Shown here: in pieces, positions 46,623-60,464 of the stretch
Layout of the letters: each line of letters starts with the position of its first letter
Position numbering within the stretch: position 1 is the stretch's first letter
Origin: Polyangiales bacterium
GTDB taxonomy: Bacteria > Myxococcota_A > Polyangia > Polyangiales > JADJQN01
DNA: 64,000 nucleotides
Direction of reading: 5' to 3'
NCBI GenBank assembly: GCA_964202905.1
Contig: CAXNJO010000009.1
Location: 152,968 to 216,967 of the forward strand
The notes under the pieces: generated by a model
The model's input: the letters and a program-made list of their open reading frames with translations, nothing else
Database searches by the model: none
What the model was told of the DNA's origin: nothing
Made by a program: the position numbers and the translations under genes

Positions 46623-49550
46623 ATGGACGCGCAAGCCGCGCTCGAGGCGTACCGGGAGGCGGGCGGCGAGCCGTGGTCGAAGGCCGCGCGCGAGGCGGTG
46701 GTGGCCCTCGCGGCGCACGCGCCGGCGCTGTTTCCGCTGGTCCTCGCCGAGCCCGCGATGCTGCGCGACGTGCTCGCGCGCCCACTCGCGCGCGCGACGA
46801 GCGCCGAGACGCTGCACCGCGACTTCGCGAAGGCGACGACCATGCTCGATGATGGTCATGCGCTGCGGCGCACGCTCCGCAGGCTGCGACATCGCGCGCT
46901 CGTACGCGTCGCGCTGCGCGAGGTGCTCCGCCTCGCCGACATCGACCGCACGAGCGCCGAGATCTCGGCCATCGCCGCCGCCGCGACGGACGCCGCGCTC
47001 GCCGCCTGCACGCGCAGCGCGTTCGCGCGCCATGGGACGCCGCGCGCGCGGCGCGACGGGGGCGGCCCCGGCGAGGTCGTTCCCCTCGTCGTGCTCGGGA
47101 TGGGCAAGCTCGGCGGCGACGAGCTGAACCTCGGCAGCGACATCGACCTCTGCTTCTTCTACGACCACGACGAGGCCACCGTCGAGCGCGACACGGAGGC
47201 CGCCCGCGCGGGCCGCGAGCTGACCGTGCACGAGCTCTACGGGCGCATCGCGAGCGCGACGGCGCAGGCGCTCTCCGACGTCACGGAGGACGGCTTCTGT
47301 TTCCGCGTCGACCTGCGGCTCCGGCCCGAGGGCACGCGCGGACCGCTCGTGAACTCGCTCGCGAGCGCCGAGCGCTACTACGAGTCGTGGGGCCGCACGT
47401 GGGAGCGCGCCGCGCTGCTCCGCGCGCGCCCGATCGCCGGGGACCTCGCGTTCGGCGCACGGCTCCTCGACGCGCTGCGCCCCTTCGTGTTCCGGCGCGA
47501 GGTGCGGCCGGGGCTCGCGCAGGAGCTCGCAGAGTTGCTGCGCCGCGCACGCCGTGAGCTCGGCGCGGACGCGGAGCGGGACGTGAAGCTCGGCCGCGGC
47601 GGGATCCGCGAGGCCGAGTTCTTCGTGCAGTCGCTACAGCTCGTGTGGGGCGGGCGGCACCCGGCGCTGCAGGTCCCCGGAACGATGGACGCCGTCGCGC
47701 GGCTCGTCGCGGCGGGCATCCTCACCGATCGCGAGGCGCGCGACCTCGCTGCGGGCTGGTCGCTGCTCCGGCGTGTCGAGCACCGCATCCACATGAGCCG
47801 CGGCTACCAGACGCACGCGCTGCCCGAGCCCGGGAGCGCCGAGCACGAGCGCATGGCCCGCTCGCTCGGCGTCGGCACCGGCGCGGCCTTCGCGCACACG
47901 CTCGACGCGGCGCGCGCGCGGATCGCGGGGTTGTTCGCGAGCTTGGAGATCCCGGAAGGGACGGAAACCCCGGACATCGACGAACTCGCGGAGCTCGTGG
48001 CCTCCGGCGCCGACGCGGGCGTCGTCGCGGAGCGCGTGCAGGCGGTGCTCCCCGTGACCGACGCGGATGAGGCCGCCGCGCACCTGCTGCGCCTCGCACG
48101 GCGGGCGGGCGCGCCGCTCGGCCCCGTCGCCCGCGAGCGCACGCCCGGGCTCGGCGCCGCGCTGCTCCGGCACGTTCGGGAGGCGGCGGACGCGGACGCG
48201 GCGCTCTCCTTCCTCGCGGATTTCTTCGCGCGGCTCGGGGCTGGCTTCAGCTACGACAAGTTGCTCACCGCCGAGCCGCGTCTCGCGCGGCGGCTCGTCG
48301 GGCTCTTCGGCGCGAGCGCGACCCTGTCGACGGCCCTCGTGGGGCACCCTGAGGAGATTGATCGCATCCTCGCGTTCGGGAGCCTCCCCGACGAGGCCGA
48401 GATCGACGCCATGCACGCGGCGCTCGACGCGCACGACGACGACACCGAGCGGCTCGTTGCCGCGCTCCGTCGCTGCAAGCGCGAAGTGACCCTGCGCGTC
48501 GGGCTCGCGCACGTCGCGGAGGAGGTGGACGCGGCGCGCACCGAGCGGCTGCTCACTGCGCTCGCCGAGGCACAGCTGCGGGTCGTCCTCGCGAAGGCGA
48601 CGCACGATCTCGGGGCCGAGGGGCTGCCGCTCGTCGTCTGCGGGCTCGGCAAACTCGGCGGGCGCGAGCTCGGCTTCGGCAGCGACCTCGACGTGCTGTT
48701 CGTGTACCGCGAGGCGGGCGAGGTCGACTTCGAGGGCCCCGAGCGCGCGACGCGGGTCGCGCAGCGGACGATGCGCCTGCTCTCGCAGCCGGACGGCGAG
48801 GGCCCCGGCTACTCCACGGACGCGCGCCTGCGGCCGAGCGGCTCGCACGGCATGCTCGTCGTGTCGCGGAGCGCGTTCCAGCGCTACCAAGAGCGCGACG
48901 CGGCGCCTTGGGAGCGGCAGGCGCTCGTGCGCGCGCGCATCGTCGCCGGGGACGCGGCGCTCGGCGCGGAGGTGGCGGCGATCGCGGCACGCGCGGCCTT
49001 CGAGCGTGGCGCTCCGGAGCCCGCGGAGCTCGCGCGGCTGCGGCGGCGCATGGAGGCCGAGCTTGCTGGCGAGAGGGCCGGTCGATATCATCCAAAGCTC
49101 GGCCACGGTGCGCTCGTGGACGTCGAGTTCGTCATTCAGTTTCTGCAAATGCGCCACGGAGGGGACGCCACGGTGCGGCTGACGTGCACGCTCGACGCGC
49201 TCGGCGCCCTCCGGCGCGCGGGCCATCTGGGTGCCGCCGATGCGGAGGCGCTCGCCGAGGCGTGGACGTTCTTCCGCGGGGTCGAGCAAGCCCTGCGGTT
49301 GCTCGACGAGACGCGTGAGCCGGTCCTCGTGTTCGCCGGTCCGCGCGGGGAGTCCACGGGGCGGCGGCGGACGGAGCAGGTGGCGCGCCGGCTCGGTGTG
49401 CGCGACCGCGACGGGGTGCGCCGCGTGGAGGTGCTCGAAGCGACCTACGCGCGCACGGCCCTCGAAGTGCGACGCATCTTCGAGCGGCTCGTCGCGCCGG
49501 TCGGGCTCGAGGCGCCCTTCCCTGCGACGCTCGCGGAGGCGGGCGCGTGA
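46623..49550 (+). CDS. glnE: Bifunctional glutamine synthetase adenylyltransferase/deadenylase
   Basis: Two nucleotidyltransferase domains: GMGKLGGDELNLGSDIDL..RVDLRLRPEG and GLGKLGGRELGFGSDLD..DARLRPSG; KLGRGGIREAEF. Confidence 0.95.
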   Translation: MDAQAALEAYREAGGEPWSKAAREAVVALAAHAPALFPLVLAEPAMLRDVLARPLARATSAETLHRDFAKATTMLDDGHALRRTLRRLRHRALVRVALREVLRLADIDRTSAEISAIAAAATDAALAACTRSAFARHGTPRARRDGGGPGEVVPLVVLGMGKLGGDELNLGSDIDLCFFYDHDEATVERDTEAARAGRELTVHELYGRIASATAQALSDVTEDGFCFRVDLRLRPEGTRGPLVNSLASAERYYESWGRTWERAALLRARPIAGDLAFGARLLDALRPFVFRREVRPGLAQELAELLRRARRELGADAERDVKLGRGGIREAEFFVQSLQLVWGGRHPALQVPGTMDAVARLVAAGILTDREARDLAAGWSLLRRVEHRIHMSRGYQTHALPEPGSAEHERMARSLGVGTGAAFAHTLDAARARIAGLFASLEIPEGTETPDIDELAELVASGADAGVVAERVQAVLPVTDADEAAAHLLRLARRAGAPLGPVARERTPGLGAALLRHVREAADADAALSFLADFFARLGAGFSYDKLLTAEPRLARRLVGLFGASATLSTALVGHPEEIDRILAFGSLPDEAEIDAMHAALDAHDDDTERLVAALRRCKREVTLRVGLAHVAEEVDAARTERLLTALAEAQLRVVLAKATHDLGAEGLPLVVCGLGKLGGRELGFGSDLDVLFVYREAGEVDFEGPERATRVAQRTMRLLSQPDGEGPGYSTDARLRPSGSHGMLVVSRSAFQRYQERDAAPWERQALVRARIVAGDAALGAEVAAIAARAAFERGAPEPAELARLRRRMEAELAGERAGRYHPKLGHGALVDVEFVIQFLQMRHGGDATVRLTCTLDALGALRRAGHLGAADAEALAEAWTFFRGVEQALRLLDETREPVLVFAGPRGESTGRRRTEQVARRLGVRDRDGVRRVEVLEATYARTALEVRRIFERLVAPVGLEAPFPATLAEAGA

Positions 49551-52035
49551 ACGTCACCGTGGCGCGCACGGGCGAGGGGGCGGTGCTCGTCGTCCATGCG
49601 GACTCGGCCTTCGCGGAGCGCGTCGTGCGGGCGCTGCGCGGTTATGGTCTCGAGGCCGAGCCCGTCGCCGACGGCGAGCGCGCGATCGACCGCTTCGTCC
49701 AGCACCCGGCCCGTGCGCTGGTCGTCGGGGCGGAGCTCCCGGGGCGCGATGGGGAGGCGACGATCGAGTCGATCCGCTGGGCGCCCGGCGGCGCGCTCGT
49801 GCCCATCGTGCTCGCCGCCGAGCACGGCAGCCCCGCGAAGCTGAGCGACACCGGTCGGCGCCTCGGCGCTGCCACGGTACACGGCGCCGACGCGCGCGAC
49901 GCGGACCTCGTCGCGCACCTCGTGCGGCGCACGCTCGGGCTGCCCCCTCTCGAGATGGCCATGACTTCGGCGGCCCCTGATGGGCACACCAAGCCCGCGA
50001 TCGCGGCGACACACACCTCGCCGACGCTGAGCGCGCTCGGGGGCTTGGACGGCTCGGTCGCGGGGGACGACGACGACACCCTCGCGCCGCGCGCGTCGGC
50101 GGTCACGTCCCGAGGCGGTCGTGCCCGCGAGACGGTCGCGACCGACACGCGGACGCCCGCCTTCGCCGATCGTGCGAAGCGGCGCCCCGCGACCGACGCG
50201 CCGCCCGACGACGACGCCCCTTCCAACGCGGCGACGACCCGGAGGCCGAGCGCGAGGGTCGGGAGGTCGAACGGCGAGCCGCGGACCTCACGCCGGGCGC
50301 GGCAGCGCACGCAGGGCGCTTCGCCGAATTGCCCTTCCCGCGCGTGCTCGCGCGGCTCGCGGCCCAGCGGGCGACGGGCGCGCTCGTCGTCGTCGCGCCC
50401 GACGACGACGACCTGCGGACGACCACCGGCGAATCTCCGAAGAAGGTCGTGTATTTCCGCAACGGCATGCCGGTGTACGTCCGCTCGAACCTCGTGCGCG
50501 AGTGCCTCGGCCAGTTGCTCGTCGCGAACGACGTCATCACGCCGCACGAGCGGAACGTGTCAGTGCAACGCATGCGCGCCGGAGAGGGCCGCCAGGGCGC
50601 GATCCTCCTCGCGATGGGCGCGCTCGAGCCCGAGCAGTTGCGCGACGCGCTCGCCGAGCAGCTCCGCACGAAGCTCTTCGATCTGTTTCGCTGGGACACG
50701 GGCGAGTTCCGCTTCACGACGCGCGTGCCGCCCCCGCCCGAGGTCGTCACGCTCGAGCTCGGTCTCGCGGAGATCGTGTTCGAGGGCGTGGTGCGCCGCA
50801 TGACACCGGCGCGGCTGCTCGCGCTGCTCGAGCCGAAGCTCGACGCCTACGTCATCCCATCCACGGACCGCATGACGCGCTTCCTGCGCCTCGATTTGGT
50901 CGCAGAGGCGCGCCACGTGCTGCGCGTGCTCGACGGGACGCAGCGGCTGCGCGCGCTGCTGACGTTCGCGGGGCAGCGCCCGGGGGCGGCAGCGCAGCTC
51001 GTCTACGCGATGGAGTGCCTTGGCGCGGTGCGCTTCAGCGACCTGCCCGTGCCGATCGACGGGCACGGGACGACCGACGACGGCGCGGTCGACCGCGTCC
51101 CGACCGACGACGCGCCGGGCGGCGACACCGGACTGCCCGCGTCGCGCGCGGACGCGACATCGCGCGGCCCCATCCCCGCGTTTCGAGCCCGTGCGCCGGG
51201 CGCTTCGGAGACGGCGCGCCTCGTGACGCCAGAGGCCCGCGCCCATGCGCCGCGCGCCGCCGTCGAATCGGAAAACACTCGCAGGCCGAGCGACGGCGCA
51301 GGCCCGGTCCCCGCGGATGGCGGCGTGGACTGGGACGACGAGACGAACGAGGTCAGCAGCGTCGCCGTCCTCGCGGGTTGGCTCGGTTACGCGCCGCAGG
51401 ACGCGCGCAGCCCCGGCGTCGTTTCCGTGCCGCGCGCTCCGGCCGCGCCCGAGCCGAGGGCATCCGACGACGACTACGACGACGCGACGGAGGCAGACGT
51501 CGAAGCGTTCTCCATCGACACGCCGCCGTCGCGCTCGGCCGGCGGCGCCGCCGCGCAGGCGGCTCCAGCGGCGACGACGCCCACCCCCGGAGCGAACCCC
51601 GGACCATCTGCTGCGCCGCACGCAGCGCCCGCGGCCGCCCTCGATGCACGCGTCGAACGCATCGCCGAGGCGGAGCGACACAGCCGCCGCGGGGAGCGCG
51701 CCCTCGCGCGCAGCCGCCTCGAGGACGCCGAGGACGCCTTCGCGCGGGCGGCCGAGCTCGTCCCGGACGACGCCGAGTTCGCCGCGCGCCTCGCGCACAC
51801 GCGGCTGCTCATCCGGCCGGACGACGTGGTCGCCCTCGACGCTGCACTCGAAGCGCTCGGGCGCGCAGCGCACCTCGCGCCGCAGCGCGCACTGCCGCAC
51901 CTGCTGCTCGCCGACGTTCACCAGCGGCGCGGCGATGTCCCCGCTGCGCGCAGGGCCTTGGAGGACGCGCTCACCGCGGATCCGGGCTGCCGCGAAGCGC
52001 TCGCCCAACTCGGCGCGCTCGCTCCGCCGCGCTGA
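49547..52035 (+). CDS. Pseudo-receiver / DUF4388-like / TPR protein; -1 indel at the C-run 50217-50220 joins two ORFs
   Basis: Receiver-like N-terminus; GRFAELPFPRVL..KVVYFRNG.P..SN..ECLGQLL..FRWDTGEFRF; C-terminal TPRs; adding one C gives DDDAPFQRGDDPEAERE. Confidence 0.78.
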
Positions 52036-52114
52036 CCGGGGCGGGGGCATCGGATCCCGCGCGCAGAGAACGTCGACCGCGCGCTCCGCCGAGCTGCCTC
52101 CGCACTCGGCGAAA

Positions 52115-52834
52115 TCAGTCCTCGATCATCAACTTGAGGAACACGAAACGGCGGCAGTGCGGGCACTGCGCGATCTCAGGCGGCTCGTCGCGCTGCAAAT
52201 CGATCAGCATCTGCGGCGGGATGGCCATGCGGCAGCCCGAGCACGTGCCGGTGGCGATCTCTGCGACCGCGGCGCCGCGCTTTTCGCGAAGCTGGTCGTA
52301 GCGGCGCAGCGTGACCTTGTCGATCTGCGACGCGAAGGCGTCTCGTCCCGACGTCACCCGCGCGCGCTCGGCGCGGAGCGACTCGGCCATCGCCTCCGTC
52401 TCGCGCTCTTCCTCGACGAGCAGGTCGCGAAGCTTCGCGAACTCCCCCTCGTGCTCCGCGAGCGCCTTGCGCTGCTGCTCCATCGCCACGACGAGCCGGT
52501 CGCGCTCCGCTTCGCGGTCCTTGATGGCGCGCCGCGCGGTCTCGACCTCACGCTCGACGGCGTCGGCTTCTCGGGCGTTGCGGGCCTTCGCGGACTTCGC
52601 GCGGGAGCGGCCGAGCGACTCGTTGTGCCGCGCGATGTCGTCGGCGTGGCTCTGCTTCAGGCGCTCGGCGCCCGCGAGGTCGGCGCGCTCACGAGCGAGC
52701 AGCGCCTCGAGGCGGGCCAGGTCGGCACGGGACTCCGCGATGCGCGCGGGGATCGCTTGGAGTTGGAGCTCGACCTCGCGCGCGGAGGAGTCGATCTCCG
52801 AGAGTTTCACCAGCGCCCGCAGACGTTCGTGCAA
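52115..52834 (-). CDS. Coiled-coil C4 Zn-ribbon protein (DUF164 / HP0958-CT398 family)
   Basis: AGGAGG SD plus TTG; long coiled coil; CSGCRMAIPPQ..CPHCRR. Confidence 0.88.
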   Translation of the reverse strand: MHERLRALVKLSEIDSSAREVELQLQAIPARIAESRADLARLEALLARERADLAGAERLKQSHADDIARHNESLGRSRAKSAKARNAREADAVEREVETARRAIKDREAERDRLVVAMEQQRKALAEHEGEFAKLRDLLVEEERETEAMAESLRAERARVTSGRDAFASQIDKVTLRRYDQLREKRGAAVAEIATGTCSGCRMAIPPQMLIDLQRDEPPEIAQCPHCRRFVFLKLMIED

Positions 52835-52912
52835 TGCCAGCCTCCTGAATGCGGCCCCGTGTACCCCGCGCGCCCGATCGACGCAAGAAGGTGTGGGCGA
52901 TTGTCTCGGCGG

Positions 52913-52986
52913 TGGGCCCACCAGGACTCGAACCTGGACACACCCGGTTATGAGCCGGGAGCTCTGACCGATTGAGCTATGGGCCC
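52913..52986 (-). tRNA. tRNA with CAT anticodon, most likely tRNA-Ile2 (lysidine-modified); CCA not fully encoded
   Basis: Cloverleaf GGGCCCA-TA-GCTC-AATCGGTCA-GAGC-T-CCCGG-CTCATAA-CCGGG-TGTGT-CCAGG-TTCGAGT-CCTGG-TGGGCCC-A; position after rpoD is typical for Ile2. Confidence 0.9.
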
Positions 52987-53038
52987 GGTGCTCAGCGATG
53001 CGGGGCGCCGGATGTGCCGGCGCGGCCCGCGATGCGCG

Positions 53039-55607
<2,569 letters not shown>

Positions 55608-55624
55608 CGTCTCCCCTTGGCGCC

Positions 55625-57574
55625 TCACTTCTTGGCACCCTGCGTCGCAAAGATTGTCGCGTGCAGCTCGTCGACGCGCCGTTGCAGCGCGATGGCCCCC
55701 GGGTCATCGCCGCGTCGCCGAGCCTGTAAAACCTGCTGTTTCACGTCAGTGAGCGCAGCGTGGAGCCCCGCCAGCTTGAGCCGGGGGAGCCCGTCCGAGA
55801 GGACCCGCTGAGCCGCGACGCCGTCGTATTTCTCCAGGGAGAGACGCTCCTCGAGCCACCGTTTGAGAGGCTGTTGTCCCACCGCGGCGAGCAGCGCCGC
55901 CGCATCGATCCTCCCCCGGTTCACAGCCTCCCGGGCGGCGGTGAAGATGGCCCGAAGATCCGGACTCGTCAAAACGTCCAGCAAAATTTCCGCTTCCTCG
56001 CTCGCGAAGAGCTCCGGCTGGTCGAGCAACGCGCCGACGAGCTCCCCCTCGAGCGGCGGCGGGCGGCGCTGCGGCGGGCCGGGCTCGGGCTCGCGGGACA
56101 TCGCGACGCTCCCCATCGGGCCGCTTTGCGGACCTGGGCGCACGCCTGCCGGGGGGCGGCCGCTCTCGCCACGCTGTCCCGTTGCGGGAGCGACGCCGCG
56201 CTCCGCGGGACCGCGGCCGGAGCCACCGGCGGCGCGGGCCGCGAGGAATCCCTGGCGCAGCGTGCGCCGAACGATGCCGACATCCCCGATCGCGAAGCGC
56301 TGCGCGACGCGCTCGACGTAGAGCGAGCGCTCGACCTCGTTGTCGATCGCCGCGAGCAGCGGGCCGAGGGACGCGACCCCCGCGGCGCGCGCCTGCGGGT
56401 CGGCGCCGGCGGTCTCGGCCGTGTCCTCGATGAGGTGCTCGACCATGCCGGGGGCGTGGTCGACGAGCGCGCGGAAGGCGTCGGCGCCGCGCTCGCGGAG
56501 GAAGGTGTCCGGATCCTCACCGCGGGGAAGACTGACGACGCGCGCGGCAAGGCCCGCCTCGCGGAAGACCGGGAACGCGGCGCGCACCGCCTTGCGACCG
56601 GCGTTGTCCCCATCGAAGACGCACACCACACGCTCCGCGAAGCGCCGCAGGAGCTTGGCCTGCGCGAGCGTCAGCGCGGTGCCCATCGGCGCGACGGCGT
56701 GGTCGAAGCCCGCCTGATGCAACATCACGAGGTCGAAGTTCCCCTCGCAGAGGAGCGCGACGCCCTGCCGCCGGATCGACACACGCCCCTCGTGCAGCCC
56801 GAAGAGCGTCTCGCCCTTCTTGTAGAGGGGGCTCTCCGGGCTGTTCACGTACTTCGCGCCGGCCTCGCCCTCCGCGGGCTCCTTCTCGCCGGGCGGCGTC
56901 GCGAGGAGCCGACCGCTGAAGGCGATCACCGTGCCGTGGACGTCGGTGATCGGGAAGACGAGGCGATGCCGAAAGCGATCGTAGTGCCCGTCGCGCGTGC
57001 GGCGCGGGACGAGCAGGCCGAGTTCTTCGGCCTCGGTCGCGGACCAGCCGTCGCGCGCGAGCTGGGTGGCGAGCGCGTCCCAGCCGTGCGGCGCGTAGCC
57101 GAGGCGGAAGTGGCGCGCGGTCTCGGGCCGCACACCGCGGCGCGCGAGCTCGTCCTGGGCCATCGGCCCGAGCGGATGCTCGTCGAGCATGCGCATGTAG
57201 AACTCGGTCGCCGCGCCCATGAGGCCGCCGAGCCGCTCCCGGCGCTGGCGCGCCCGACGGTGCTCTTGCGCGTCGACGGTGTCCTCCTCGGGGAGGTCGA
57301 TGCCGCCGCGCTCGGCGAGCTGCCGCGCGGCCTCGGGGAAGGAGCGGCCATCGAGCTTCATCACGAAGCTGATGACGTCGCCCGACACGCCGCAGCCGAA
57401 GCAGTGAAAGAACTGCTTGCTCGGGGTGACGTAGAAGCTCGGCGATTTCTCGTTGTGGAACGGGCAGAGCCCCTTGAAGCTCGCGCCGCTCCGCACGAGG
57501 CGCACGGACTCGCCCACCAGCGCGGCGATGTCCGTCCGCTCGCGAATCTCCGCGATCTTCTCGTCGGACAGCAC
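55625..57574 (-). CDS. dnaG: DNA primase
   Basis: CPFHNEKSPSF..CFGC zinc finger; DRFRHRLVFPI; KYVNSPE; EGNFD; FDGDNAG; EDPD. Confidence 0.96.
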   Translation of the reverse strand: MLSDEKIAEIRERTDIAALVGESVRLVRSGASFKGLCPFHNEKSPSFYVTPSKQFFHCFGCGVSGDVISFVMKLDGRSFPEAARQLAERGGIDLPEEDTVDAQEHRRARQRRERLGGLMGAATEFYMRMLDEHPLGPMAQDELARRGVRPETARHFRLGYAPHGWDALATQLARDGWSATEAEELGLLVPRRTRDGHYDRFRHRLVFPITDVHGTVIAFSGRLLATPPGEKEPAEGEAGAKYVNSPESPLYKKGETLFGLHEGRVSIRRQGVALLCEGNFDLVMLHQAGFDHAVAPMGTALTLAQAKLLRRFAERVVCVFDGDNAGRKAVRAAFPVFREAGLAARVVSLPRGEDPDTFLRERGADAFRALVDHAPGMVEHLIEDTAETAGADPQARAAGVASLGPLLAAIDNEVERSLYVERVAQRFAIGDVGIVRRTLRQGFLAARAAGGSGRGPAERGVAPATGQRGESGRPPAGVRPGPQSGPMGSVAMSREPEPGPPQRRPPPLEGELVGALLDQPELFASEEAEILLDVLTSPDLRAIFTAAREAVNRGRIDAAALLAAVGQQPLKRWLEERLSLEKYDGVAAQRVLSDGLPRLKLAGLHAALTDVKQQVLQARRRGDDPGAIALQRRVDELHATIFATQGAKK

Positions 57575-57744
57575 GGCCCCTCGCTCGCGTCGCTGCGCGC
57601 GGAGGATCCCGCGGAGCGGGCGCAGTGTAGGGAGCGGGCCCCCGGGGGCAAGCAGGCGCGCGCTGCCCCGCGGCGCACGGCACCGGCACGCACACGGCAC
57701 CGGCCCGGCACGCGCACGCACGCCGGCCGCGCATACTGCGCCGC

Positions 57745-59128
57745 GTGACCCTCGACGCCCTGCCCCGCCTCGCCGCCGCCCGCCCGCGCGCCCGCGGCGC
57801 GGCGATGTCGCGGCGCTTGCGTGCGTTCCCCCTCGCGGCCTTCGCCGTCGCGCTCGTGCTCCGCTTCGGCGCCGTCGCGCTGCTCCCCGCCGCGCCCGCT
57901 TGGGACGGCGTCATCTACGCGCGCGCCGCGGACCAGATGGCACGCGGCGAGGGCTACACGCAGCGCAGCCTCGATCCGGCGGCGCCCGCGCGCCCGACGG
58001 CCTTCTTCCCCGTGGGCCTCCCCGCCGTGCTCGCCGTGCCGCGCTGGCTCGGCCTCGGACGTTCGCTCGACCTCGCGATGCAGGCGCTCGCGGGCGCGCT
58101 GCTCGTCCCGCTCGGCGCCGCCTTCGCCCGGCGCGCGCACGGGCGACGCGCAGGCCGCTACGCCGCATGGGCGCTCGCGCTCTGGCCCGGCGGCGTGCTG
58201 CTCTCCGTGTCGTATCTCGCTGAGCCGCTCTTCGCGCTCGGCTGCGGCCTCGCGCTGCTGCCGCTGCTCCATGCGCGCCGCCGCCACCGCGTGCGCGCGC
58301 TCGCGTTCTCGTCCGTCGGCCTCGGCCTCGTCGCGTACATCCGACCGACGGCGCTCGTCGTGCTCGCCCTCGTCGCGCTCGGCGTCGCCGCGCTCGAGTG
58401 GAGGCAACGCGCGGCATCGTTCAAGAAAACAGAACAAAGCGCGCAAAGCTCTTCGATTTTTGCGAACAGAGCGCGCCTCGTCGCGCGCAGCGCGGGGATC
58501 GTCACACTGGCCCTCGCGCTGGGCATCGCGCCGCTCGCGCCGTGGATGCTCCGCAACGCACGCACGCTCGGCGCGCCCGTGCTCGTCTCGACGAACGGCG
58601 GCGTGAACCTGCTCCTCGGCACGGTCGGCGAGGGCAGCTACGGCGCCGTCCCGCCCGAGGTCGACTGCCCGCACGGCATGCGTGAGATCGCGCGCGACCG
58701 CTGCCGCCAGCAGCATGCGCTCGCCCGCATCGCCGCGGATCCCGCTCGGCTGGCTCGCCCGCGGCGCGCTGAAGCTCGCCGACACCTTCGGCCACGAGTC
58801 CGCGCCCGCCTACTACGTCGCCGAGACGCTCGGCCCCCCCGGGCCGCGCCGCGAGCGCGCGCTCCTCGGCCTGCTCGCCCTCTCGCGCATCGCCTGGCTC
58901 GCGCTCGTCGCCCTCGCCGCCGTCGGCACCGCCGCGCTCTGGCGCGCACGTCGCTCTGCCATCGCGCAGCGTCCTCTCGCAGCGCTACTCATCCTCGCCC
59001 CCATCGCCGCGCTCGCGGCGCTGCACTTCGTCTACCTCGGCGGCGACCGCTACCACGCGGGCGTCATGCCCATGATCGGCGCCCTCGCCGGCGTCGGCCT
59101 CGCGACGCTGCGCCGCGACCGCGCCTGA
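57745..59128 (+). CDS. GT-C (ArnT/PMT-like) membrane glycosyltransferase; +1 indel at 58741-58743
   Basis: WDGVIY..A; PTAFFPVG; AEPLF; RPT; PWMLRN; STNGGVNL; shifted frame ends GGDRYH; start 57745 or 57805. Confidence 0.78.
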
Positions 59129-59219
59129 AGGCACCGCGCCTCCACCTCGTCGCGCGCCCGTGACGCGTTGTGACGTGCGCGTCGCACGCCCGAGACGCCG
59201 GCTCGGGACAATCGCGCGC

Positions 59220-60422
59220 ATGGCCTCCCTCGCTCCGTCCGGCGCGCCCCCCGCCGCCGCCGTCACCGCGCAGGCACCGGCGCGCGCCACCGCCGCCACG
59301 GACACGACACGCTGGGAGGGCCTCGATCTCCTGCGCTTCCTCGCGATGCTGCTGATGGTGCAGGGCCACGCGTTCCGCGTCGTGGTCGCGCCTGCGGTCC
59401 GCGAAGCGCGCTGGTTCGCGTGGCACGACTTCATTCACGGCTTCACCGCGCCCGCGTTCCTGCTCGGCGCGGGGCTCGCGTGGGGCGTCGCGACGTTCTC
59501 GCGCTTCGACGCGCAGGCGCGACCCGGCCACGCCGCGCGCCGTCGCTTCGCGCGCTACGCGCTGCTCTTCGCGATCGGCTGCGCGTTGAACCTCCCGGAC
59601 ATGTCCTTCGGGCGCGCGCTCGCGCATCCCGCCCGCTTCCTGGCGGCCCTCCAGATCGGCCCGCTGCACCTGCTCGGCCTCGTGCTCGCCGCGATGGAGG
59701 GCACCGCGCTCGCGACACGCAGCCGCCGCACGGTCGCGTGCGTCGCCGCGTTCGGCGCAGCGGGCGTGCTGCTCGGCGCGCCCATCGTGGGCCGCTTCGA
59801 CGCGCAGTCCGGCGTGCCGGAAGCGCTGCGCGCGCTCCTCAACGGCACGACGGGCTCGTCGTTCCCGCTCTTCCCGTGGGGCGGCTTGGCGCTGCTCGGC
59901 ATCGTCGCGGCCCACCTCGCGCTCGACGCGCGCGGTCGACTGCGCCGCGCGGCCGTGCCCGCCTTCGCGCTCGTCGGCGCCGCGCTCTTCTTCGGCTGCT
60001 ACGCGCTCTACCGCGCGGGCTTCGCGCCCTACGGCCCGCACGACTTCTGGCGCACGAACCCTCTCTACACGGGCTTCCTCGCGGGCGGCGTGGCGCTGCT
60101 CCTCGCCCTCGCCTCGCTCGCTGCGCCGCGCCTGCCGAACACGGTGCGCCGCTGGGTCGGCGGCGTCGCGCGCGAGTCGCTCGTCGTCTACGTCGCGCAC
60201 CTCGTCGTGCTCTACGGCTCGCCCCTCGCGCGCGGCCTGCGCCACGCGCCCGGCGCGACGCTCACGCTGCCCGCCGCGTGCGCCGTCACCGGCGCGCTCC
60301 TCGCGGCGATGCTCCTGCTCGCGACGCTGTGGCCCGGGTTGCGGCGGCGTCGCCTCTGGTCGCGCAGCCTCGTGCGGCTGCCGATCACGGGGTTGCTCGT
60401 CTACGTGCTGCTGCTGCGCTGA
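59220..60422 (+). CDS. Membrane acyltransferase (DUF1624 / heparan-alpha-glucosaminide N-acetyltransferase-like)
   Basis: LDLLRFLAMLLMVQGH; TAPAF; FPLFPW; ESLVVYVAH; multiple TM helices. Confidence 0.82.
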   Translation: MASLAPSGAPPAAAVTAQAPARATAATDTTRWEGLDLLRFLAMLLMVQGHAFRVVVAPAVREARWFAWHDFIHGFTAPAFLLGAGLAWGVATFSRFDAQARPGHAARRRFARYALLFAIGCALNLPDMSFGRALAHPARFLAALQIGPLHLLGLVLAAMEGTALATRSRRTVACVAAFGAAGVLLGAPIVGRFDAQSGVPEALRALLNGTTGSSFPLFPWGGLALLGIVAAHLALDARGRLRRAAVPAFALVGAALFFGCYALYRAGFAPYGPHDFWRTNPLYTGFLAGGVALLLALASLAAPRLPNTVRRWVGGVARESLVVYVAHLVVLYGSPLARGLRHAPGATLTLPAACAVTGALLAAMLLLATLWPGLRRRRLWSRSLVRLPITGLLVYVLLLR

Positions 60423-60464
60423 GCGCCCCATCGACCCGCGTCGTGCGCGTCCACGACGGTTCGC

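Noticed and set aside
52913..52986. tRNA as tRNA-Met/fMet, or as an island integration site
   Set aside because: Paired G1-C72 and no GGG/CCC anticodon stem exclude fMet; sequence and position favour Ile2; no duplicated 3' end or integrase seen
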